NCBI GenBank assembly: GCA_043755495.1
Contig: JAYUSV010000358.1
Span: 1-43,902 of the forward strand
Direction of reading: 5' to 3'
Length of the DNA stretch: 43,902 nt
Source: Synechococcales cyanobacterium
GTDB lineage: Bacteria; Cyanobacteriota; Cyanobacteriia; Cyanobacteriales; Chamaesiphonaceae
A program made the translations under genes and the position numbers. This document shows, piece after piece, positions 37,141 through 43,902 of the stretch. Numbering within the stretch: position 1 is the first letter of the stretch; each line of letters opens with the position of its first letter. Below the pieces are notes generated by a model, which was not told where the DNA came from, did no database searches, and saw nothing but the letters and a program-made list of their open reading frames with translations.

Positions 37141-38253
37141 GTGAAGCGCAAACAATTTTTACAAGCATCGGTCGCCAGCATTGCAGCAGGCGGCACCCTA
37201 GCCTCTTGTAAGGCGCGGCGCAGCTCTTCGTCTGCTAGCGGCAATCTGCCTACGATTAGCTGGCAAATGGCCACGAGCTGGCCATTATCTTTGGACACTA
37301 TTTTTGGTGGAGCCAAAACCATCGCTGATCGAGTTAAAGCAATCACCGGTGGTAAATTTACCATCACGCCTCGGGCAGCGGGTGAACTGGCACCGCCCTT
37401 GGAAGTATTAAACGTTGTCTCTCAAGGTGGTGCCGCCTGTGGTCACACCGCTGGCTACTATTATTTGGGTAAGGCTCCAGCCGCAGCTTTTGGCACGGCA
37501 GTGCCTTTTGGCCTAAATGCCCAGCAGCAAAATGCTTGGCTTTACGAAGGCGGTGGATTGAAAAAACTACAGGCTATGTATGCTCGCAAATTTAACGTAA
37601 TTCAGTTTCCGGCAGGTAATACCGGTGCCCAAATGGGTGGCTGGTTTCGGAAAGAAATTTCTACTTTGAGCGACCTGCAAGGACTCAAAATGCGCATTCC
37701 TGGCCTGGGTGGCCAAGTAATGAGCAAGCTAGGAGTTACAGTGCAAACTTTGCCCGGTGGCGAAATTTTTCAGGCGCTCCAAACCGGGGCGATCGATGCC
37801 GCCGAATGGGTTGGTCCTTATGATGATGAAAAGCTAGGTCTGCACAAAGTCGCCAAATACTACTACTATCCCGGCTGGTGGGAGCCAGGACCGACCTTGG
37901 AGCTACAGATTAACCTCAATGAATGGCAAAAGCTACCGCCCGCATACCAAGCAGCGATTCAAGCGGCAACCTATGAAGCTAATTTGACCATGCAAATGCG
38001 TTACGATGCTCGCAACAATGAAGCTTTAGAAAGATTAATCAAAACAGGGACAATTTTGCGCCCTTACAGTCCAGAGATTTTGGCTGCCGCCGAAAAAGCT
38101 TCCTTCGAGCTGTATGAAGAATTCGCCGCCAAAGACAAAGACTTTGAGAATATTTTCAGAGACTGGAAAAAATTCCGCGATCGAGTTTATGCCTGGCACA
38201 ACATTAATGAAGGCAGCTTTGCCCGCCATAGCTATAGCAAGCTGAAGCTATAG
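37141..38253 (+). CDS. dctP: TRAP transporter solute-binding protein (DctP family), probable lipoprotein
   Basis: The tracked ORF opens with TTG at 37039 and has no ATG before the mature domain. In-frame GTG at 37141 gives [23 protein letters not shown], a signal peptide with a lipobox (LASC). The mature part ([10 protein letters not shown]...GGWFRKEI...LKMRIPG...[14 protein letters not shown]) is typical of DctP-type SBPs. Confidence 0.8.
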   Translation: MKRKQFLQASVASIAAGGTLASCKARRSSSSASGNLPTISWQMATSWPLSLDTIFGGAKTIADRVKAITGGKFTITPRAAGELAPPLEVLNVVSQGGAACGHTAGYYYLGKAPAAAFGTAVPFGLNAQQQNAWLYEGGGLKKLQAMYARKFNVIQFPAGNTGAQMGGWFRKEISTLSDLQGLKMRIPGLGGQVMSKLGVTVQTLPGGEIFQALQTGAIDAAEWVGPYDDEKLGLHKVAKYYYYPGWWEPGPTLELQINLNEWQKLPPAYQAAIQAATYEANLTMQMRYDARNNEALERLIKTGTILRPYSPEILAAAEKASFELYEEFAAKDKDFENIFRDWKKFRDRVYAWHNINEGSFARHSYSKLKL

Positions 38254-39612
38254 AACAACCGGGCTAGCAATATCTACCAGCCACCGCACGGTTTGGGGAA
38301 AAGCAATCACAATTAACAGCATTAAAAATTGGATTGCTATGAACGGCAAAGCCCCTTGGTGGATATCTTTGGTACTGACTTCTGGTGGGGCAACACTCTG
38401 GAGATAGAACAAAGAGAAGCCCACTGGTGGCGAGATAAAGGCAGTCTGCAAATTCACCGCCATCACTACCCCAAACCACACCATATCGATGCCTAAAAGC
38501 TGCGCCGCAGGCACCAATAGCGGCATAGCGATAAAACAAATTTCGATAAATTCCAGAAATACTCCCAGAAAAAAGATCACCAAATTACTAACCACCAAAA
38601 AAGCCCATTTACCACCTGGCAAGTTGACCAGCATATCGGTGATTAGCTCTTTGCCACCCAAAGCATCAAACACCAAAGAGAAAAAAGAAGAACAGATCAA
38701 AATGGTCATCACCACCGATGAAACTACGGCAGTGGCATGACCAGCCGATCGAATTAATTCCCAGTTCAGCTTGCGATTTAGAGCAGCCAATAAACAGGAA
38801 CCAACCGCTCCTACGGCTCCAGCCTCGGTAGGAGTTGCCAAACCAAAGAAAATACTGCCCAACACCACCATCACTAGTAATAGTGGGGGCACGACGGCCT
38901 TAAACACCTTGCGCACCAGAGCCATACCAGTGAGATTTCGCTCGGCCAAAGGCAATGCTGGTGCAATCTCTGGGCGAAAATAAGCCAAGACTAGCGCATA
39001 GACTATGTAAAAACCCGAAAGCATCAGACCCGGGATTAACGCTCCCAAAAATAGATCTCCTACCGATACCCCGATTTGATCGCTCAGTACTAGCAGTACC
39101 AAACTAGGCGGAATCAACTGTGCCAATGTTCCGGAAGCTACAATTACCCCGGTAGCAAACTGTTTATCATAGCCATAGCGCAGCATTACTGGTAACGAAA
39201 TCATTCCCATAATAATTACGGTGGCGGCGACTACACCAGTGGTCGCTGCTAACAGAGTGCCAACTAAAATTACTGCTAAAGCCATTCCCCCACGCAAAGA
39301 ACCCAACACAATTCCGATCGTTTCTAATAGTTCTTCTGCCAATCCAGATTTTTCGAGAATCGATCCCAAAAAGATAAAAAAGGGAATGGCCAACAGCGTG
39401 AAGTTAGACATAGTGCCAAACCAGTTGTTGGGCAACAGCAGCAATCTACTAGGGTCGAAGCCATCCATCAACCATCCAATAAAACCAAACACGATTGCTG
39501 TCCCGGCAAAAGAAAAAGCTACCGGATAGCCACTCATTAAAAAGATAAAAAACCCCAGAAACATGCCGATCGCTAGCCATTCTGAGTCGATGATAAACCA
39601 GGTAGATTCCAT
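38248..39612 (-). CDS. dctM: TRAP transporter large permease (DctM)
   Basis: 454 aa with about 12 TM segments. The sequence is typical of DctM and lies immediately downstream of the small permease gene. Confidence 0.85.
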   Translation of the reverse strand: MESTWFIIDSEWLAIGMFLGFFIFLMSGYPVAFSFAGTAIVFGFIGWLMDGFDPSRLLLLPNNWFGTMSNFTLLAIPFFIFLGSILEKSGLAEELLETIGIVLGSLRGGMALAVILVGTLLAATTGVVAATVIIMGMISLPVMLRYGYDKQFATGVIVASGTLAQLIPPSLVLLVLSDQIGVSVGDLFLGALIPGLMLSGFYIVYALVLAYFRPEIAPALPLAERNLTGMALVRKVFKAVVPPLLLVMVVLGSIFFGLATPTEAGAVGAVGSCLLAALNRKLNWELIRSAGHATAVVSSVVMTILICSSFFSLVFDALGGKELITDMLVNLPGGKWAFLVVSNLVIFFLGVFLEFIEICFIAMPLLVPAAQLLGIDMVWFGVVMAVNLQTAFISPPVGFSLFYLQSVAPPEVSTKDIHQGALPFIAIQFLMLLIVIAFPQTVRWLVDIASPVVL

Positions 39613-39635
39613 AACTAAACTCTAAAAAATAATTG

Positions 39636-40220
39636 TTATTCTAGGGGCAGGTTTTCAGCTTCGGTCAAGAGCTGCTCAGCCACTTGGGTATAGCCTTTAA
39701 CCACCGCTAAATACTTGATCGCTTGCGAAATTGCTTGGAGCAGCAGTAAAAAAAATCCGACCAACAACATGGTTTTAATCGGCGCACGGGGCAACCCCCC
39801 AGCATCCAGGGAGAGTTCTGCTGCCCCCCAAGTACCATCTGGCATTCTGCCCCAAGATTGCAATACATAATTAAAACTAGTCGCAAACCCCAGAACGCAA
39901 AATGGAATCAGAAAAATAACGGTGCCTACTAAATCTATTAGTGCTTTGCGCTGCTCACCCCAGTTGGCGTAGAGAAAATCTACTCGCACATTAGCGCCAT
40001 GCTTCAAAAGGTAAGGGAATCCGAGCAAAAACATGACCGAAAATAAATACCACTGCAACTCAATTAAAGTATTAGAAGAAAGCTGCACCCCAATAAAGCG
40101 GCCAGCATAACGAGCAACTACGTTATAGAACCCTACTCCGATCGTCAGCACCACCAACCAGCCACTCAGCCAGCCGTTAAATTCGGCCAGCAGATCTAGG
40201 CGCTGAGAAAAATTGAGCAT
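39636..40220 (-). CDS. dctQ: TRAP transporter small permease (DctQ)
   Basis: The tracked ORF opens with TTG at 40247; ATG at 40220 (MLNFSQRLD...) is likelier. It has 4 TM segments and lies 23 nt upstream of dctM. Confidence 0.75.
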   Translation of the reverse strand: MLNFSQRLDLLAEFNGWLSGWLVVLTIGVGFYNVVARYAGRFIGVQLSSNTLIELQWYLFSVMFLLGFPYLLKHGANVRVDFLYANWGEQRKALIDLVGTVIFLIPFCVLGFATSFNYVLQSWGRMPDGTWGAAELSLDAGGLPRAPIKTMLLVGFFLLLLQAISQAIKYLAVVKGYTQVAEQLLTEAENLPLE

Positions 40221-40530
40221 TCGACGTAGGTGATGAGGTTTTAGCAAAGTAGATTTAAAAATGACAGCAGTATCGACCCAATATTATCATGGGTCTTCTA
40301 TCACTTTATTTGCACCTGTGGCGACCCTACCTTACACACCACCGTTTTGTGTTGCTTGCGAAAAATACTCCTGGGACGATCTATGATCTACTTTAGATAT
40401 CCAAATAAAGCACGGAAGACCTAAATAATGCACTGTTGAAGCCGGTAAGTTAGTCATGCAGCGTATTCAAGCATTGCCAGAATTTACCCTGAGGTTTCCT
40501 CAGATTCGAGAGCGGCATGTAATGCAGATT

Positions 40531-40953
40531 CTAATTCTGGCCTTCTAGTCTGCTAAACCTTACCCGGTCGGATTGGTTATCCCTGATGAGGATTCCAATC
40601 ATCTGCTTCAATTCGGCGGTGTCTTGCTCTTGCCGATCGAGATTCCTAGAAGTGTTTGCCGATAGTTCTAAGGCAGCAGCGGCTGTGACTTGTGATGCAG
40701 CGGCTGATTCTTGGGCTGCTGCGGCTGTCCTTTGAGAGATAGCCGCTAATTCTAGAGCCGTAGCCATTATGTCGGTATTGTAAGAAATACTTTCCCGCAT
40801 AGACTCAATGCTTCGAGCTTGGCTTTCAAAGGCTTCCGTCATGGTGATTCTCAGCTCTCTAATAGACTCGGCTTGTCTAGTAATGGCTTCGGTGTTACTG
40901 GCTGCGGTTGCCGCCAAGTTTGCTAGATATATCCTTAGTTCGTCATCAGTCAT
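40531..40953 (-). CDS. Hypothetical coiled-coil, Ala-rich protein
   Basis: 140 aa with a heptad-like, Ala/Glu/Ser-rich sequence (TAAAAQESAAASQVTAAAALE). No enzymatic motif and no signal peptide. Confidence 0.5.
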   Translation of the reverse strand: MTDDELRIYLANLAATAASNTEAITRQAESIRELRITMTEAFESQARSIESMRESISYNTDIMATALELAAISQRTAAAAQESAAASQVTAAAALELSANTSRNLDRQEQDTAELKQMIGILIRDNQSDRVRFSRLEGQN

Positions 40954-41534
40954 GATGTTATCCTTTGTTTATGAATTTGTTTATTCTTCGATCGCGCTGC
41001 TGTTAACAGTCCGTTCGATTGAGTAAAGCCCTCGCCTTCATTGGTGGGGGCTTTCTCGATTATAGGGTCAGTGGGGTGTCAAGAAGTCGATCCCGAAAAT
41101 GGACAGTAATGCAGTTTTTTTATTGTCGAAAGCATTACCGCGCTTGACTAACATCGCCATTAATTGACGATAGTATTGAATACCGATCGGCGTTCAGTAA
41201 ATGGTTTGGGTCGCTGCTTTGACCCTGTTCAATGGTTTGTAGCGGGTGTCGACTGCGCCAGTTTGCTATCTTTGGCCTGAAACTTGGTGAAGCAATCGAA
41301 CAACTCCGGGGCTGAAATCTCAGTGGCATTGCTCCCAGTGGTGCGAGGTCTATACTTCAGCAGTGTTGGGTCATACTGTTTGATAGGCCAATCCCATTCA
41401 ATTTCTGCTTTGGTCTTTTCTGCCAAGACTCTAGCCGGTAGAGTGTCAGGCAAGAAGTCCTTATTGACAATAGGAAAGGCTCCACAGAGAATTGCTATCT
41501 CTTAGGAACCCTCCATAGTCTTAACTTCAGCCCA

Positions 41535-41608
41535 ATCGGAACGGCGGGATTCGAACCCACGACCCCTACTACCCCAAAGTAGTGCGCTACCAGGCTGCGC
41601 TACGTCCC
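41535..41608 (-). tRNA. tRNA-Pro (anticodon GGG)
   Basis: The minus strand reads CGGGACG-TA-GCGC-AGCCTGGTA-GCGC-A-CTACT-TTGGGGT-AGTAG-GGGTC-GTGGG-TTCGAAT-CCCGC-CGTTCCG-A. This is a complete 74-nt cloverleaf. The anticodon loop TT-GGG-GT has G37, as is typical for tRNA-Pro. CCA is not encoded. Confidence 0.9.
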
Positions 41609-41663
41609 GACACCAGCATTTCATCATAGCAAACAAATGTGCCCATCGCAACCAAAAATAAAA

Positions 41664-42890
41664 TCAAGAATTACAAGCATTTTGCCGCACAAAGTCTTGC
41701 ATCCGCTCATAAAAAATCCGAGCAATTGCTATCGATCCACCGGGCTGACCAACTCGTTCTAGACCATTGATATGACAACGTTTCAAATATTCTTGATCGG
41801 CCAAAGTGCGATGTATCGCCTGAGCCGCCTCTGTAATAACGTGAGGTGAAGCACATCTGCCGATCGTCTGTACTGAATCACCCAACAACCGCATTTGAGC
41901 TTCGGCAAAATGATAGGTAAACTGTGGGCCATTGCCAGGAATTTGGATCACTGGTTTACCAAGACCTACCGCCTGCTCGATCGCCGTTCCAGCCATCCCC
42001 ACCACAATAGAACTTTGCACTAAAATATCTGCAAAAGCTTTGGTCGTATAGTAAATTTTGATTTGCTGGGGTACATAGCAGAGCCAACCAGCACCCAAAT
42101 CTTGCCAGCCTTTGTTCAGAGCTGTTCGTTGTAAGGGACTCGTACCCTGTTGATCAATTTCAAGCAAGTTGGAGGTGAGTGCTAAACGGAACTGAACAGC
42201 ATTTTTTTCGTTGTGGGTGGCAACCGCCAGATCGAGCAAAATCCCCAAATTGACTGCCGATTCTGGTAAGCGACTACCAGGAAGCATTGCCACCAAAGGT
42301 TCTGTCAGAGACAAATACAAATCTTGGCCAGTAGAGTTTAACACATCCATCACTGGATAGCCTGCAAAGATTGCTTTAGTTAAACCCTGTTTGTGCAAAA
42401 CTTCGGCAGTGTAACGATCTCTGGTAAAAATCGTTTGGCAGCGATGCGACCTCATAAACCAGTTAGTAAATAAGGGTAGGCGAATTTCATTTTCATAGTA
42501 AGCAGAAGAAGAGACCATAAAAACAGTAAAAGATTTACCGGTTAAATAAGCCATAAATAAAACCACAATATCGCCAGTAGCAAAAATCGTGGTGCAGTTT
42601 TGGCTGTATTCTCGAATAGCTTGAATCTGTCGCCATAAAAGACCCAATAGCCCAGACTGGAGGTCTTCTACAAATTTCCAGCGATTCATATAAATAAAAC
42701 CACCAGATGGTAGATTCTTAGTTGGGCCAATAATGATTGCCCCCATCTGTCGATAAGTGTTTCCTTCTCCAACAATTGGCATAGCAGCAAGCTCCAGCTC
42801 TGGCCGCTGTTGACTCAGAGCTTTTAGAACCAGACCTCCATTGAGATCTTCTCCATGTCCATTGCTAATAAATAAAACCTTTTGTCTCAC
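41664..42890 (-). CDS. Lipid-A-disaccharide synthase-related (LpxB-like, GT-B fold) protein
   Basis: 408 aa. The N-terminus VLFISNGHGEDLNG and the C-terminal GMAGTAIEQAVGLGKPVIQIPGNGPQFTYHFAEAQMRLLG fit the cyanobacterial LpxB-related family as I recall it (the family name is from memory). Confidence 0.6.
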   Translation of the reverse strand: MRQKVLFISNGHGEDLNGGLVLKALSQQRPELELAAMPIVGEGNTYRQMGAIIIGPTKNLPSGGFIYMNRWKFVEDLQSGLLGLLWRQIQAIREYSQNCTTIFATGDIVVLFMAYLTGKSFTVFMVSSSAYYENEIRLPLFTNWFMRSHRCQTIFTRDRYTAEVLHKQGLTKAIFAGYPVMDVLNSTGQDLYLSLTEPLVAMLPGSRLPESAVNLGILLDLAVATHNEKNAVQFRLALTSNLLEIDQQGTSPLQRTALNKGWQDLGAGWLCYVPQQIKIYYTTKAFADILVQSSIVVGMAGTAIEQAVGLGKPVIQIPGNGPQFTYHFAEAQMRLLGDSVQTIGRCASPHVITEAAQAIHRTLADQEYLKRCHINGLERVGQPGGSIAIARIFYERMQDFVRQNACNS

Positions 42891-42985
42891 GGTTTTCCTG
42901 ATGTGTATACAAAGAAACAGGTAGGTTGAACAAAATAGCTTCTAGCAGCATTTTATTGATTGCAAAACCGAATAATCATCAGATT

Positions 42986-43264
42986 TCAATCAGTTTTTTT
43001 GGTTGATTCTGGTAATGGTTTTTCTTTGTCCCAACGATACAAAGTAATCATCAAAACTACTACACCGATCTGGAGGGCAAGATTAGGAATAGTGGTTTCT
43101 AATTCTCTGCCAGCAGCTAGTCTGGCTAAAAACACCACCCCACCGATAAATCCAGAACCAGCAAAGGCTAAATAAAAGAAGCGACGCAGACTTCGATAGG
43201 GCGATTTAGCTTCAGCCCGGAGGCGACGATAGAGTTCTGGGTCTAGAGAAGGTTTATTAGTCAT
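42986..43264 (-). CDS. Small two-TM membrane protein (DUF3493-like)
   Basis: 92 aa. SPYRSLRRFFYLAFAGSGFIGGVVFLARLAAG, then a second TM IPNLALQIGVVVLMITLY. The pattern resembles the DUF3493 domain of photosynthetic organisms. Low-certainty family call. Confidence 0.45.
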   Translation of the reverse strand: MTNKPSLDPELYRRLRAEAKSPYRSLRRFFYLAFAGSGFIGGVVFLARLAAGRELETTIPNLALQIGVVVLMITLYRWDKEKPLPESTKKTD

Positions 43265-43367
43265 TATAATATATTAATATTTAATTAACAGGATAGTGCC
43301 GATATAGCTCAGGGGAGAGTACCCAATGCGAAGTAGCGATGATTCCAAACTTTATTTTGCTCATTAT

Positions 43368-43901
43368 TCAAATCCAACGCAAAATTTCTTGTGCCATTTT
43401 AGCTGCGGCACCTTTACCTCCAACACGTTCTTGACCATGTAGAGAACAGTACCTCAATCGCACCGGATCGGATAATATTCGATCGATCACCTCTGCTGCT
43501 GCCTGAATACTTTCCGTATTAGCGGGCTTGGTACCAATAGTTTCGATCGAGTCTCCCAGCAACCGCATTTGGGCCTCGGCAAAACTGTAGGTAAACTGTG
43601 GTCCCTCGCCTGGTAGCTGCACAATCGGCTTACCCAGACCAACAGCCTGTTCGATCGCTGTGCCAGCCATGCCACAGACCAAGTTACATTTTTCTAAAAT
43701 ATCCGCAAAAGCATCCGTAGCGAAACCAACTTTTAGCTTCAGCGGCGGATAGTAAAGCTGATTTTCATGACAGTCCCAGCCTTCTGCCTTGGCCACGGCC
43801 TGTAAAGGATGAGGATCTCCTAGCTCAAAGTTGGGAGTCAAAGCTAGCCATATCTGTGGCTGCATCCGCAGGCGAGATAGCTCGATCGCCAGCCGCAACA
43901 A
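43368..43901 (-). CDS. Second LpxB-related protein (paralogue of 41664-42890); N-terminus lies beyond the window end
   Basis: The frame stays open to the window edge. GMAGTAIEQAVGLGKPIVQLPGEGPQFTYSFAEAQMRLLGDSIETIG is near-identical in motif to the neighbouring paralogue. Confidence 0.7.
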   Translation of the reverse strand: MLRLAIELSRLRMQPQIWLALTPNFELGDPHPLQAVAKAEGWDCHENQLYYPPLKLKVGFATDAFADILEKCNLVCGMAGTAIEQAVGLGKPIVQLPGEGPQFTYSFAEAQMRLLGDSIETIGTKPANTESIQAAAEVIDRILSDPVRLRYCSLHGQERVGGKGAAAKMAQEILRWI

Positions 43902-43902
43902 A

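Noticed and set aside
40489-40503. Perfect hairpin CTGAGG-TTT-CCTCAG, 28 nt downstream of the 140-aa coiled-coil gene, as its terminator
   Set aside because: The 6-bp stem is fine, but no U-tract follows on the minus strand (GGTAAATTCTGG). It is too weak to call an intrinsic terminator.
41135-41505. Small overlapping ORFs (41135-41329, 41229-41453, 41284-41505) next to the 3' end of tRNA-Pro as a decayed integrase or genomic-island junction
   Set aside because: The translations show no tyrosine- or serine-recombinase motifs. The best ORF has only a TTG start. I could find no direct repeat of the tRNA 3' half that would mark an att site.

Overview
This is a cyanobacterial chromosome segment. 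The diagnostic signals are psaC, ndhI-ndhG-ndhE, HIP1 octamers (GCGATCGC at 1997, 28576, 30304 and 30690) and a very high density of the CGATCG core.

The left half (1-23.1 kb) looks accessory. It holds the 3' end of an NRPS (A-T-TE) and a Wzx/MOP-type flippase. About 19 kb is then filled by five tandem minus-strand genes for giant, signal-peptide-bearing, Thr/Asn/Gly/Ser-rich exoproteins of 1708, 1232, 1138, 1186 and 857 aa. Four are built from DUF11, SdrD-B-like, CSLREA-like, parallel beta-helix and GNTSEFS modules. The fifth has a propeller-like region, a DUF11-like domain and a GEVED domain.

All five end in the same 175-212 aa C-terminal domain, which I cannot assign to any known sorting signal. 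This is my best candidate for the undescribed system: a family-specific surface sorting, anchoring or fibre-assembly module with exchangeable heads. No dedicated machinery is visible in the window.

Upstream of the array lies a 1.5 kb ORF-free region with two orphan minus-strand intrinsic terminators.

The right half is mostly housekeeping:
- a PD-(D/E)xK protein, a DUF456 protein, xthA, a Tat-signal PrxQ and a Uma2 nuclease
- a P2-type ATPase
- psaC-ndhI-G-E
- TRAP dctP/QM
- tRNA-Pro(GGG)
- two LpxB-related glycosyltransferase paralogues

It also contains a duplicated two-gene cassette (small secreted protein plus HEAT-like protein). The second copy is 5'-truncated, which resembles toxin/immunity orphan modules.

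I saw no CRISPR array, transposase or rRNA. All family names are from motif recognition by eye; no database search was possible.
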